Positions 49,712 through 62,606 are shown, numbered from the stretch's first letter. The stretch is 64,000 nt of DNA from Candidatus Poribacteria bacterium (GCA_965208675.1 OZ242351.1:1568001-1632000); one strand, 5' to 3'. Translations and numbers: made by a program. Notes: generated by a model from the letters alone, not told the origin.

Positions 49712-52270
49712 ATGAAACAGAAAATCTGGAACGTCAAAAGCCCCAATATTGAGACAAGCACGCGGCTTGCCGTGCGGCTTGGCATACCGCAGTTAATCGC
49801 GCAACTGCTCGTCAACCGAGGGGTTGAGACGGAGGACGCCGCGCAGGAATATTTGTACCCAACGCTCTCTAATCTTCATTCGCCGTTCCTGATGCGCGGT
49901 ATGGAAAAAGCGGTTGAACGTATTCATTCAGCAATTAAGCGCGGCGAAAAGATGTGGGTCTACGGCGATTATGACGCCGACGGGACGACGGCTGCATCGC
50001 TTTTACTAAACATATTTCGCCATTTTGACGTTCCTGCAGACTTTCACATTCCCAATCGATTTGACGAAGGATACGGCCTCAATAAAACCACCCTCCGTAA
50101 ATTAAGGGAAGACGGTTGCAGTCTTCTAATCACAGTCGATTGCGGCATCACCTCAATTGAAGAGGTGGACTTTGCGAACGAAATCGGGATAGACGTGATA
50201 ATTACGGACCACCATCAACCGCGTCCCGATGCGCTCCCCTCCGCTTATGCGGTGATTTGCCCCAAAATTCTGGAGAGCGAGTATCCCTTCGAAGGCCTTG
50301 CCGGTGTCGGATTAGCCTTTAAGCTCGCGCACGGGTTGTTCGGTGGTAATGACGTGCCCCCAATACTGCAATCTCAACTGGATTTAGTCGCGCTTGGCAC
50401 GGTCGTGGACATCGCAACGTTAACCGGCGAAAATCGCGTACTCGCAAAATTGGGGCTGGCGGAACTCAATAAACGTGAACGTCCGGGCATACGCGCGCTC
50501 TGCGAAGTAGCAAAATTTAGTCCCGATAAACCAATCGTAGGACGTACGCTATCCTATGTGTTGGGGCCTCGTATTAATGCTGCCGGACGGATGGACGCCG
50601 CCGAGAAAATCGTTCATCTGCTGACGGCTGAATCCGACGAAAATGCCTTGGCAATAGCCAAGATATTAGACGGCGAAAATCTAGAGCGGCGGAATGCGGA
50701 AGACCGCATTCGCGAGCAAGCCATCGCCAAGATCAAAAAGGATGTCAATCTCGACAGAGTTAAAGGGCTTGTCATCGCGCACAGTGGATGGCACCGAGGC
50801 GTTATCGGAATAGTCGCATCGCGGATTCTTGAGCAATATTACCGTCCCGTGTTCATTCTCGCAATAGACGGAGACGAAGCCCACGGGTCAGGACGCAGCA
50901 TCGGCGGCATCAACCTCGCGGACAGCCTGAACGCTTGCGCCGACCTTTTGGTCAAACACGGAGGGCACAAAGCGGCAGCCGGGCTAACCATTAAAACCAA
51001 GAACATCCCGAAATTCGAACAGCGGTTTAATCGCTACGTTTGTGAACATCTCTCCGACGATCATCTCGTTCAACAGTTGAACGTAGAATTTGAAATTCAG
51101 ATGCCCCTTCTATCCTTGGAAACTATTGAAAAACTACAACTCCTCGAACCTTTTGGTGCGGACAATCCCGCACCGCGAATTGCCATGCGCAACCTGGCGC
51201 TTGATCGGCCGCCTAGTTTAATTGGCAAAGAGAATAATCATCTCAAATTATGGGTGACTGACGGCTGCCAAACAGCAGAAGCCGTCGGGTGGAATATGTC
51301 CGATTATTTTATTTCAATGAAAAATCAAAATGTGCGCCTCGATTTGGCATTTGATCCCGGAATTAGCGAGTGGAACAACGCCCGCAGCCTCCAACTCACC
51401 ATCGCCGATCTTCAAATCGTCTCGCTTGACGCCGCTTCGCAGCAGCACCTGTACCCAACCGATGAGATGGAGAGTCCGGTCAAGATCGTTAATCGCAGAG
51501 ATACAAAAAGTAAAGGTAAGTACCTCTCAAAATTGCTTAGCCGTGGTGAACCCACGCTGTTGTATGTGCGAGACGACGAGGCGTTGGACCAACTACTTGA
51601 GATGGTTAATGCAAACGGCGATTTCTTGATTTCAAGGTGCAGCGCCGATACGCCCGAGACTGAAAGGCGCGCCATGGTAGATAAGTTTGCGCATAGAGAA
51701 CTGCTTACAGTTGTATCAAGTTGTACTTTGCGCGACGCGCCGCATGCCGCACACCTCGTTTTTTGCCACCCTGTCCCGCAACCGTTGACGTTTTTCAATC
51801 GTTGTCAACCGGCTTTCCAAAACCCGGAATCGACATATATCCACCTCCTCTACAACGCTGACGACATGGAGTGGATGCGTCAACGGCTATCCCAGCAATA
51901 TCCGGAGCGGCAGATGCTAGAGGGGTTGTATAAAAGGCTGCGATTCTTGAGTAAAGCAAACGGTAAAGGTCTCTCGCTGGAAGAAATTATTGCAGATGCC
52001 GACGCGGAATCCATTCCAAAACCAGCTGTCGTCAGCGGGATTTCAATCCTCGAAGAATTGCAACTGCTGACGCGCGATCCCGGCCTGTTTGAACGTGGAA
52101 TCCAACTTTTGCCGCCGCCGTCGAAAAAACGCAAACTCCACGAGTCTGAAACTTACCTGAACGGAGAACAGATCAAACAAATCAGTCTGTCATTTTCGGA
52201 TTTTCAGTTTAGGCTTAACATTCAAGAAATTTGGAAGAGAATAGATTATGAGTGTCGAAGAGCTGATTAA
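49712..52270 (+). CDS. recJ: Single-stranded-DNA exonuclease RecJ with long C-terminal extension
   Basis: YGDYDADG, TVDCG, TDHH, PRINAAGR, GSGRS and GGHKAAAG. Confidence 0.95.
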   Translation: MKQKIWNVKSPNIETSTRLAVRLGIPQLIAQLLVNRGVETEDAAQEYLYPTLSNLHSPFLMRGMEKAVERIHSAIKRGEKMWVYGDYDADGTTAASLLLNIFRHFDVPADFHIPNRFDEGYGLNKTTLRKLREDGCSLLITVDCGITSIEEVDFANEIGIDVIITDHHQPRPDALPSAYAVICPKILESEYPFEGLAGVGLAFKLAHGLFGGNDVPPILQSQLDLVALGTVVDIATLTGENRVLAKLGLAELNKRERPGIRALCEVAKFSPDKPIVGRTLSYVLGPRINAAGRMDAAEKIVHLLTAESDENALAIAKILDGENLERRNAEDRIREQAIAKIKKDVNLDRVKGLVIAHSGWHRGVIGIVASRILEQYYRPVFILAIDGDEAHGSGRSIGGINLADSLNACADLLVKHGGHKAAAGLTIKTKNIPKFEQRFNRYVCEHLSDDHLVQQLNVEFEIQMPLLSLETIEKLQLLEPFGADNPAPRIAMRNLALDRPPSLIGKENNHLKLWVTDGCQTAEAVGWNMSDYFISMKNQNVRLDLAFDPGISEWNNARSLQLTIADLQIVSLDAASQQHLYPTDEMESPVKIVNRRDTKSKGKYLSKLLSRGEPTLLYVRDDEALDQLLEMVNANGDFLISRCSADTPETERRAMVDKFAHRELLTVVSSCTLRDAPHAAHLVFCHPVPQPLTFFNRCQPAFQNPESTYIHLLYNADDMEWMRQRLSQQYPERQMLEGLYKRLRFLSKANGKGLSLEEIIADADAESIPKPAVVSGISILEELQLLTRDPGLFERGIQLLPPPSKKRKLHESETYLNGEQIKQISLSFSDFQFRLNIQEIWKRIDYECRRAD

Positions 52271-54395
52271 TCAAATCGAAGTTTACAATCCGGATGCTGA
52301 CTTCGATCTGCTGCGGAGAAGCTATGAGTACAGTGAAGAGCACCACAGCGGCCAACAGCGCAGATCTGGCCACCCTTATTTCACGCACTGTCTTGAGACC
52401 GCCAAATCCCTGATTGATTTGAAGTTGGATGTACCCACAATCTGCGCCGGGCTTTTGCACGATGTGCTAGAAGATACGTTGGTGACCCGTGATGACCTTG
52501 CGCAGCTTTTCGGAGAGTCGATAGCTCAACTTGTCGAAGGTGTTACCAAAATCGGCACTTACCATTTCAAAGGCAGAACCCAGCAAACCCAAGCCGATAA
52601 CTACCTGAATCTGTTTTTAGCTACGGCAAAAGACATTCGCGTTATTCTCATTAAGCTCGCCGATCGGTTGCATAATATGGAAACGCTGTCATTCCTACCT
52701 ATAGGCAGACAGCAAGAAATTGCGAAGGAGACGCTCGAAATCTACGCATCCCTGGCTCACCGATTGGGAATAAATCGATTCAAAAGCAGACTGGAAGATT
52801 TAGCGTTCAAGTATCTACATCCCCTCGAATACAGAGAGATTGCGAGCCTGCTTGCGGAGAAACTTGATGAGAGGGAAGCATACACACGGAAAATGGAAGG
52901 GATAATCGTCCAAGAATTGGAGGCGGGCGGAATCAGAGCAAAGGTGCATGGCCGCCCCAAGCATATATACAGCATCTATCACAAGATTCACCACAAAGGC
53001 GTTCCCTTCGAGGAAATTTGCGATTTGATTGCGTTGCGAATCTTGGTAGAAACCACTACGGACTGTTATGCGGTGTTAGGGGCATTACACGGTAAATGGA
53101 AGCATATACCGGAGAGATTTAAAGATTTTGTTGGACTGCCCAAGAGAAACGGCTATAGGTCCTTGCATACCACAATCCTCGATCGGGATCGTCCCGAACG
53201 AGGCCGCCCCATAGAGATTCAGATTCGGGCATTTCAGATGCACGAAGTTGCTGAATATGGCATTGCCGCGCATTGGAGTTACAAGGAAGGGCTGCCGTCA
53301 ACATCAGAAAGCCAGTCTATTTTCGCGTGGTTGAGGCAGATGCTCGATGATATTCAGGAACTCAAAAATCCTTACCAGTTCATCCAATCCATGAAGTGGG
53401 AGTTGCTTCCTGATGAGGTTTACGTTTTTTCACCCAAGGGCGACCTGTATTCGCTTCCAGCCGAATCGACGCCAATCGACTTCGCATACAAAATTCATAC
53501 GGATATCGGGGAAACATGTTGCGGCGCAGAAGTCAACGGCGTGATATTACCGCTCAGGCACCGTCTGCAGAATGGAGACCGCGTAAGAATCATGACCAAT
53601 TCCAAGGCACACCCAAGCCGGGATTGGTTGCGGTGGGTCAAAACTACGCGCGCGCGAAACAAGATTCGGCACTGGTTTAGAGAACAAGATCGCGCACAAG
53701 CCATCGAACTTGGAAGAAGATTCCTCGAAATGGAATTGCGCCGCCAGCATCTTGATCTGCGGACTTATCTGAAATCGCCCGAGTTACTAGCGTTCGCGAA
53801 AACGCTGAAACTCCACACAATTGATGACCTGTTGATGCAGATTGGGAACGGGAAGGAATCCGCCGAACACGTTGTCAATGTGTTACACCCCGAACCAGAT
53901 ACGAGGGAGGGAAGGGAGGCGCCTGTAGATGCGGTTCGTCCGGCGCCGGCGATTCAGCTTGAAGGGATTGATATTGCGCTTGTGCGTATTATGAAGTGTT
54001 GCTACCCAATTCCGGGCGATGAGATAATCGGATATATTACACGCGGCCGCGGTGTCTCGATTCATCGGGCAGGATGTCCGCGTATAATAAATGAGACGGA
54101 ACGGGTCGTCAACGTCGAGTGGAAACCGGAAAATCTTACGACCTACCCGGCTGAAATAGCCGTGAAGTGTGATGATCGTCCCGGAATGCTTGGGGAGATC
54201 GCTACGTTAATTGCGCAATTCAAAGTGAACATCGTAAAGGGAAACCTCGCACACTCGTCAATGCCCGTTGAGGGAATGGCGCATGACCGGCTCACGTTAG
54301 CGGTGAACGGCATTGAGCAGTTAGAGGCGGTCATGGAGTCAATTCGTTGCTTGAAAGGCGTACAAACCGTTAGCAGAATCGCTGCAAGAAATTGA
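52248..54395 (+). CDS. relA: Bifunctional (p)ppGpp synthetase/hydrolase Rel/SpoT
   Basis: HD motif LLHDVLED, KLADRLHN, RPKHIYSI, YRSLHT, and TGS, ZFD and ACT domains. Confidence 0.93.
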   Translation: MSVEELINQIEVYNPDADFDLLRRSYEYSEEHHSGQQRRSGHPYFTHCLETAKSLIDLKLDVPTICAGLLHDVLEDTLVTRDDLAQLFGESIAQLVEGVTKIGTYHFKGRTQQTQADNYLNLFLATAKDIRVILIKLADRLHNMETLSFLPIGRQQEIAKETLEIYASLAHRLGINRFKSRLEDLAFKYLHPLEYREIASLLAEKLDEREAYTRKMEGIIVQELEAGGIRAKVHGRPKHIYSIYHKIHHKGVPFEEICDLIALRILVETTTDCYAVLGALHGKWKHIPERFKDFVGLPKRNGYRSLHTTILDRDRPERGRPIEIQIRAFQMHEVAEYGIAAHWSYKEGLPSTSESQSIFAWLRQMLDDIQELKNPYQFIQSMKWELLPDEVYVFSPKGDLYSLPAESTPIDFAYKIHTDIGETCCGAEVNGVILPLRHRLQNGDRVRIMTNSKAHPSRDWLRWVKTTRARNKIRHWFREQDRAQAIELGRRFLEMELRRQHLDLRTYLKSPELLAFAKTLKLHTIDDLLMQIGNGKESAEHVVNVLHPEPDTREGREAPVDAVRPAPAIQLEGIDIALVRIMKCCYPIPGDEIIGYITRGRGVSIHRAGCPRIINETERVVNVEWKPENLTTYPAEIAVKCDDRPGMLGEIATLIAQFKVNIVKGNLAHSSMPVEGMAHDRLTLAVNGIEQLEAVMESIRCLKGVQTVSRIAARN

Positions 54396-54425
54396 GCGCT
54401 TTTCGATTGAGTCACAGCGTGCCGC

Positions 54426-54659
54426 TCAACTTCCCGTTTCCAACGCAAGATCTGGCTCACCTGCGCCCGAAATCACCTTTACAACTTTTCCAGACTTTAG
54501 ACATCGCACACATATCCGAATTCGTTTGTTGCCAGCTTCGGTTTGAATTCGGACGCGCTGTAAATTTGGTAACCATCTCCGCTTGGTATGCCGGCGGGAT
54601 TTGCTTATTCTGTTGCCAGTCATCGGCTTTTTGCCGCATACGTAACAGATACGTGCCAA
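54426..54659 (-). CDS. rpmB: 50S ribosomal protein L28
   Basis: TTG start after GGAGG; ARICYVCGKKPMTGNRISKSRRHTKRRWLPNLQ. Confidence 0.95.
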   Translation of the reverse strand: MARICYVCGKKPMTGNRISKSRRHTKRRWLPNLQRVRIQTEAGNKRIRICVRCLKSGKVVKVISGAGEPDLALETGS

Positions 54660-54789
54660 TTTACCTCCCTCCCTTCTCAATTATTTGCATTCCAAAATAA
54701 ACGCAACCTGCTTAGCATATCATAATACATCCGTGAAATGCAAGGTTTTTTGGGAAACCGCCAACAATTCCGGCTCGCGCACTTCAGGA

Positions 54790-55578
54790 ATGAATTGGAA
54801 AGTGAAAACTCAAAATCTGTTTATCGTTGTTGGCTTCGCACTAGCTTATTTTGCCTGCGGTGACGACTCCCCAGTCGCTCCTCATCAGCAACCGGTGGCA
54901 CCTCAAGTCGGAGCGGTGTCCGGCATAGTCACCGATGCCAGAACGGACAATCCAATTCCTCATGCCACGGTAACGCTGTTGAATCAGACCACAAAAGTGG
55001 GTGTTAACGGGAAGTACATCTTTTCGCAAATCGCCTTTTCGGAAACCTTGAGCCTATCTGTCGAAGCCGCAGATTACGCAACTCAAACGCCGACATTTGC
55101 GTTGAATACCAAAAGCCTTGTGATTGACATCCCTTTAAAACCGTTAACGAATCCTGAACTGGAGATTCGGCAGTTTCTAAATACCCTTTCCAAACTGGTT
55201 GGATCGAACGGCGGAAACAATGTCGAAGCGATACAAGCGCATTTTTCGGAGTCGTACTTAGCGGGCGCCGACCCGGTCACCCGCTTTTTCGGTCTTCCAA
55301 CCGGAGTTATTCCGGCGAATCATGGACAGGTCATCTCATGGATCAATAAGCTCTTTGAAAAGTACAACACCATCGAATTCGATTTTTACGGCATAATGGT
55401 AGAAGTGACGCACACCCAAAAAGCTTCGGCGCAGTTGAACCTTGACGTGGTTACGGAAAAAGGCGTTCGATCTGAAAAACAAAAAATCGTCTCCGAATGT
55501 GAAATCTTTTTCCGCAAAGAAGCGTCTCATTGGAAAGTAATTTTCTGGCAGTTTTCCAAATTTGATATTCACCTGTAG
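54790..55578 (+). CDS. Putative lipoprotein with carboxypeptidase-regulatory-like domain
   Basis: Lipobox YFAC and VSGIVTDARTDNPIPHATVTL. Confidence 0.7.
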   Translation: MNWKVKTQNLFIVVGFALAYFACGDDSPVAPHQQPVAPQVGAVSGIVTDARTDNPIPHATVTLLNQTTKVGVNGKYIFSQIAFSETLSLSVEAADYATQTPTFALNTKSLVIDIPLKPLTNPELEIRQFLNTLSKLVGSNGGNNVEAIQAHFSESYLAGADPVTRFFGLPTGVIPANHGQVISWINKLFEKYNTIEFDFYGIMVEVTHTQKASAQLNLDVVTEKGVRSEKQKIVSECEIFFRKEASHWKVIFWQFSKFDIHL

Positions 55579-55605
55579 CGTTTCAATTAGGGACGCGGTG
55601 TGTAA

Positions 55606-57618
<2,013 letters not shown>

Positions 57619-57655
57619 TTGAAGACACGCGCGGCTCCGGCACTATGCATTTTCC

Positions 57656-57684
57656 TTGACAGGTATATGCATCAAGTCTATAAT
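57656..57684 (+). promoter_or_regulatory. Consensus sigma70 promoter for dapF-dapA
   Basis: TTGACA-17 nt-TATAAT. Confidence 0.8.
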
Positions 57685-57720
57685 AGGCGCTAGCAAATAT
57701 CGCAAGACAGGACAAAGATT

Positions 57721-58545
57721 ATGGCAAAGATTCCCTTTATGAAACTCAGCGGGGCGGGGAACGACTTCGTGATTATTGACAATCTCAAGCGCATCGTCCC
57801 GTATGAAAACACGGATTTTGTGGCAAAGATTTGCGAACGCCGAATGTCTGTGGGCGCCGATGGGATTCTACTCGTTGAAAATTCGGAACAGGCCGATTTT
57901 AAGATGCGCTACTTTAATGCGGACGGCGGCGAAGCCGAGACATGCGGCAACGGCGCGCGCTGCATCTCTAAGTTTGCGCACATCAACGGCATCACTTCCG
58001 AGCGAATGCGTTTTGAAACGAAAGCTGGCATCTACGAATCGGAAATTCTCAAGTCCGGCGTCAAAGTGCGAATGAGCGATCCGACAGATGTGCGATTGAA
58101 CTTCCCGCTGCGGCTCAAAGACGGCGTGTGCACCGTCTGTTCCGTCAATAGCGGCGTGCCCCACGTGGTATTTTTTATAGAAGATCTCGAAGCGGCGGAC
58201 GTTGTTAATCTCGGCGCCCAAACACGCTATCACGGCGATTTTCAGCCCGCAGGGACGAACGTCAACTTTGTACGAATCAAAAACGAACGAGAAATCGATG
58301 TTCGCACGTATGAACGGGGAGTCGAAGATGAAACCCTCGCGTGCGGCACCGGCTCAATCGCGTCTGCTGTAATATCTGCACTGCTCGGAAAGACAATCGC
58401 GCCGATTGCGGTGCGGACGGCGAGCGGTTCTGTGCTTAAAATCCATTTCGAGCTGGATGATGGGTGTGCCAAAAACGTACATTTGGAGGGCGACGCGCGG
58501 GTTATCTACGCCGGTGAACTTGAAGAGGGCGCGTGGAATTACTGA
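57721..58545 (+). CDS. dapF: Diaminopimelate epimerase
   Basis: GAGNDF, NADGGEAETCGNGARC and ERGVEDETLACGTG. Confidence 0.96.
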   Translation: MAKIPFMKLSGAGNDFVIIDNLKRIVPYENTDFVAKICERRMSVGADGILLVENSEQADFKMRYFNADGGEAETCGNGARCISKFAHINGITSERMRFETKAGIYESEILKSGVKVRMSDPTDVRLNFPLRLKDGVCTVCSVNSGVPHVVFFIEDLEAADVVNLGAQTRYHGDFQPAGTNVNFVRIKNEREIDVRTYERGVEDETLACGTGSIASAVISALLGKTIAPIAVRTASGSVLKIHFELDDGCAKNVHLEGDARVIYAGELEEGAWNY

Positions 58546-58582
58546 AGACTATAGGCTATCAAGATATTGAAGGAGGTTTCGC

Positions 58583-59458
58583 ATGTTTGAAGGATCCTTT
58601 GTGGCTATCGTAACGCCGTTCAAAGACGACGAATCGCTCGACGAAAGCAAACTCAAGGAACTCATCGAATTTCAGATTGCTGAAGGGACGCACGGAATTG
58701 TCCCTTGTGGGACCACTGGAGAATCGCCGACGCTTTCCCACTTGGAACACGACCGAGTTGTTGCACTGACCGCCGAAACAGTTAACGGCCGCACGTCTGT
58801 AATCGCCGGATCGGGTTCAAATTCAACCGCAGAGGCGTTGCGGTTGACGAAACACGCCAAGTCAGTTGGAGCTGACGGTGCGCTGGTTATCACACCCTAC
58901 TACAATAAACCGACGCAAGCTGGCCTATACGCACACTTCATGGCAATCGCTGATGCCGTCGAAATCCCCATTATCATCTACAACGTCCCCTCACGCACTG
59001 GCATAGACATTCTCCCCGAAACGCTCGCCAAACTCGGTGAGCATCCAAATATTGTCGGCACCAAAGAGGCGACCGGACTGGTCAGGCGTTCCAGCGACAT
59101 TGTGCAGATGTGCGGTGAGGATTTTATCATCCTGTCCGGAAACGACGATGACACTTTTCCAATTCTAGCTGTCGGCGGGAATGGGGTAATCTCCGTCGTT
59201 GCCAACGTTGCGCCCGCCGATGTTGCAGAGATGTGTAACGCTTTCAAAGCGGGCAACATCGAACTCGCCCGTAAACTCCATTACAAAACGCTGCCCCTCG
59301 CGGTAGACCTCTTTATCGAAACAAATCCCATCCCCGCTAAGACCGCCCTCATGTTGATGGGCAAACTCAACGGGAAGATGCGGCTTCCGCTGGCGCCAAT
59401 GGCAAGCGCAAATGTGGAGAAGCTCCGCCGGACATTGGCGGATTCCGGCTTGCTTTAG
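58583..59458 (+). CDS. dapA: 4-hydroxy-tetrahydrodipicolinate synthase
   Basis: GTTGESPTL, PYYNKP, YNVPSRT, KEA and ETNPIP. Confidence 0.96.
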   Translation: MFEGSFVAIVTPFKDDESLDESKLKELIEFQIAEGTHGIVPCGTTGESPTLSHLEHDRVVALTAETVNGRTSVIAGSGSNSTAEALRLTKHAKSVGADGALVITPYYNKPTQAGLYAHFMAIADAVEIPIIIYNVPSRTGIDILPETLAKLGEHPNIVGTKEATGLVRRSSDIVQMCGEDFIILSGNDDDTFPILAVGGNGVISVVANVAPADVAEMCNAFKAGNIELARKLHYKTLPLAVDLFIETNPIPAKTALMLMGKLNGKMRLPLAPMASANVEKLRRTLADSGLL

Positions 59459-59646
59459 GCAATCGCCGTAGGTGAAAGATACCACGCCTTCCGAAATTGT
59501 TTCATCAGTCTTTTAGTGAATGCTGTTTGGATTGTCAACTCCAAGCGCCGTTTCACCAATCAGTTCAGATTGGTCAATCAAGGTTGTGCACCACGAATTA
59601 GAATTGTTCGCGCTGTCGCAGTGAAACTCACGAAATATAACGGCTG

Positions 59647-61329
59647 ATGTTAGATAAAAAACGGAAACTGGTATTAGCGGGAATTGCCTTCCTTTCAATC
59701 TGCACCCTTGCAATATTTGGGTCGAAGCACCTTGAACAACCCAATGCTCTCGTTTGGTATAGCATCGTCCCGCCGCTTTTCGCAGTCACATGCGCTATTG
59801 CAACGAATCGGCTCATGTTGAGCCTCGGATTAGCTGTAGTTGCCGGCATTGTCCTCTCCTCGGTGAAAAACCAGCCTGCTTCCATCTGGATGTGGGTTCC
59901 CTCCGTGTTCAATCATACCTATTCGGTGGGGAAGTCCGTCGCAGTCTCATTTAACCTCCTCGTGATTCTCTTCATCGCGCTGATTCTATCGACAATTTCG
60001 GTGGTAATCGTTTCCGGCGGCATCCAAGGCATAATCAATTGGCTGACCCGATTTGCGAAAGGACCGCGCTCAACCCAGTTTGTCACGGTGCTCATGGGGT
60101 TTGCGGTTTTTATCGACGACTATGCCAACACAATGATTGTTGGATCTTCGATGCGGCCCGCAACCGACTACCAACGCATTAGCCGCGAAAAACTGGCGTT
60201 CCTCGTAGATTCCACGACTGCCCCAATTGCGGGACTCGCCGTAGTAAGTACATGGATTGGGTATGAAGTTGGGTTGTTTACCCAGGTTGCGAACTCAATC
60301 GGAATACAGCGGGATGGCTACTCCATGTTCTTTGATGCGTTGGGATTCCGATTCTATTGCATGATGACGATTATTTTTGTTATCGCGAACGCCGTCAGCG
60401 GCGTGGATTACGGACCGATGCGGAAGGCGCAAATGCGTGCAAGAAAAACAGGGGCAGTGGATTCCGGGGAGGCAAGGTCGAAATCGTCAAGAGTATTCAC
60501 GAAATTGAAGCATTCGCCTTCAGCTATTATCCATCCGCTCGCCGCAATTATTCCTATTGGGACGCTTTTCGGCGCAATGTTGATAGGGTTTTGGATTGAC
60601 GGCGGGCGCAGCGGTTCTATTCTCTCTCTATCAGATTGGCGGGATGCGTTATCTAACGCAAACAACGTAAAAATTCTTACGATTGCGTCCGGAAGCAGCT
60701 TTCTTTTGGCAATCGTGTGCGCGAAGGTGTTTTCTCGGATTAACCTATCCGAAATTGGGGTGGCAATACGCTCGGGCCTTAAGGGCAGCCTGCTGCCGAC
60801 GACAATTCTCGTCCTAGCCTGGGGCTTGAAGGCTGTATGCGATCAACTTTCTACGGGCGGTTTTCTCGCGGCGGCGGTCGAAGGCGTGCTTTCGCCGTTA
60901 TGGTTCCCAGCGCTCCTCTTTATCGCGGCGTCCGTGACCTCTTTCGCCACCGGCACGAGCTGGGGTACGATGGCGATACTTATCCCAACTGCCATTCCAG
61001 TCGCTTATTCACTTGATGGCAACGTCTACGGATTAACAACAATGATTAGCTTAGGCGCAGTGCTAGACGGATCAATCTTCGGCGACCACTGCTCGCCCAT
61101 CTCCGATACCACAATCATGAGTTCCATCGCAAGCGATTGCGAACCCATTCACCACGTACACACCCAACTCCCGTACAGCCTAACTGTTGCAGGACTAGCA
61201 CTTATCTGTGGGTATATTCCGGCAGCACTAGGAGTTTCATCCTACTTGGCAATCGGCGTCGCGGCGGCTTTAATCGTTCTGCTGTTTTATATAGTCGGTA
61301 AGATTGGCGACCGTCAACAATTGGCCTAG
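59647..61329 (+). CDS. Na+/H+ antiporter NhaC-family transporter
   Basis: FIDDYAN, SREKLAFLVDST, ATGTSWGT and GDHCSPISDTT. Confidence 0.9.
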   Translation: MLDKKRKLVLAGIAFLSICTLAIFGSKHLEQPNALVWYSIVPPLFAVTCAIATNRLMLSLGLAVVAGIVLSSVKNQPASIWMWVPSVFNHTYSVGKSVAVSFNLLVILFIALILSTISVVIVSGGIQGIINWLTRFAKGPRSTQFVTVLMGFAVFIDDYANTMIVGSSMRPATDYQRISREKLAFLVDSTTAPIAGLAVVSTWIGYEVGLFTQVANSIGIQRDGYSMFFDALGFRFYCMMTIIFVIANAVSGVDYGPMRKAQMRARKTGAVDSGEARSKSSRVFTKLKHSPSAIIHPLAAIIPIGTLFGAMLIGFWIDGGRSGSILSLSDWRDALSNANNVKILTIASGSSFLLAIVCAKVFSRINLSEIGVAIRSGLKGSLLPTTILVLAWGLKAVCDQLSTGGFLAAAVEGVLSPLWFPALLFIAASVTSFATGTSWGTMAILIPTAIPVAYSLDGNVYGLTTMISLGAVLDGSIFGDHCSPISDTTIMSSIASDCEPIHHVHTQLPYSLTVAGLALICGYIPAALGVSSYLAIGVAAALIVLLFYIVGKIGDRQQLA

Positions 61330-61364
61330 GTCGTGGCAAATTTTATGTGAAATTGTCGATAACC

Positions 61365-61569
61365 GTTGGGGCGAGGTCTCCGCGCCCATTGACCAACCCA
61401 GACCGCGCACAGCCGACTACCCAGGTTTTGTGGGTTGGGCTGATCCTTCGCTATCCGCTCAATCGATCGTTGCGTATCGCGACCATTTAACATATAATAT
61501 ACGCCTTCATTTACCGAACTCATACATCAAAATTCGCATGATACATCATATCCGCTCCACCCTACCTAC
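61365..61569. repeat. REP cluster including a long GTAGGT(T/A)GGGT family copy
   Basis: GGGGCGAGGTCTCCGCGCCC (61368-61387); the minus strand at 61569-61468 reads GTAGGTAGGGTGGAGCGGATATG...GCGATACGCAACG. Confidence 0.68.
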
Positions 61570-61616
61570 GTAATCTGAATTTTGTAACGTTAGTCGAATC
61601 GACGGGAGACATTTAA

Positions 61617-62606
61617 ATGACGCTCAAGGAACACATTGACGATATATGTAAACGCCTAGAAAGAAACGAATTCAAGTCAGAGGATAACGTGTCAAACGGA
61701 ATCGTGCGGCGATTACTAGATGCGCTATCTTGGCCAGTGTATGATATGACTGTTGCCATTTCTGAATTCCCAGTGGAATCGAGAAGAGTAGATTTTGCTC
61801 TCTGCCATCCGCCAAAAAATCCGCTGGTTTTCGTTGAGGTCAAGCAAATAGGCAAACTTGATGAAGATGCAGAGAAACAACTGTTTGAATACGCTTATCA
61901 CGAAGGCGTCCCAGTGGTCATCCTCACCGACGGCAGGGAATGGCACTTTTTCCACCCGATTGGGCGAGGGAATTACAAAGAACGCAAGGTATACAAACTG
62001 GATTTATTCGAAATGGGCAGTGAGGAAAGCGCTCAACTTCTGAGCAGATATCTAAACTATGAGTCGATACGCACTGGTAGCGCTATTACGGCTATCGAAA
62101 ACGACCATCGGGAAATTTCCATGCGACGGCAAATTGAAGACGTATGGAACACATTGCTGCAACAAGAGGCCGCGCTGATAGAATTAATAGCAAGCGAAGT
62201 TGAAAGTCGACATGGTAACAAGCCAAGCAGTGAGCAGGTGGTAAATTTCCTGAAAAACCCGCCTCAGCTTGAGTCTAATCCGAAAGAAATTCCCCTCCCA
62301 CCCATACCGAGCCCTCCGGTAATATCGTCCTCGCGCTTTGTGGTTACTATGCCCGATGACGAGAGGATTGATCGTCCCATTGCAGCAGATACCTTCGCCG
62401 ATGTAATTGAAAAACTAGGGTTAGAGCAAGTGGAAAAAGTGAAACCTAAACTCATATCAACTTCCAACGCCTATAGTAAATTCCGGAAGAGAGGTCGGTA
62501 TTATATAAACATCAGCCTTAATAACGACCAAAAGAAAAACTACCTCGAAGACATTGCCGAGGCGCTAGGTGTGCCACTGAAAGTAAACATCGTCCCAAAA
62601 AATTAA
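61617..62606 (+). CDS. HsdR_N-like restriction endonuclease domain protein with C-terminal DNA-binding-like domain
   Basis: E...LLDALSW, RVDFAL, FVEVK, QLFEY and ILTDGREW. Confidence 0.78.
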   Translation: MTLKEHIDDICKRLERNEFKSEDNVSNGIVRRLLDALSWPVYDMTVAISEFPVESRRVDFALCHPPKNPLVFVEVKQIGKLDEDAEKQLFEYAYHEGVPVVILTDGREWHFFHPIGRGNYKERKVYKLDLFEMGSEESAQLLSRYLNYESIRTGSAITAIENDHREISMRRQIEDVWNTLLQQEAALIELIASEVESRHGNKPSSEQVVNFLKNPPQLESNPKEIPLPPIPSPPVISSSRFVVTMPDDERIDRPIAADTFADVIEKLGLEQVEKVKPKLISTSNAYSKFRKRGRYYINISLNNDQKKNYLEDIAEALGVPLKVNIVPKN

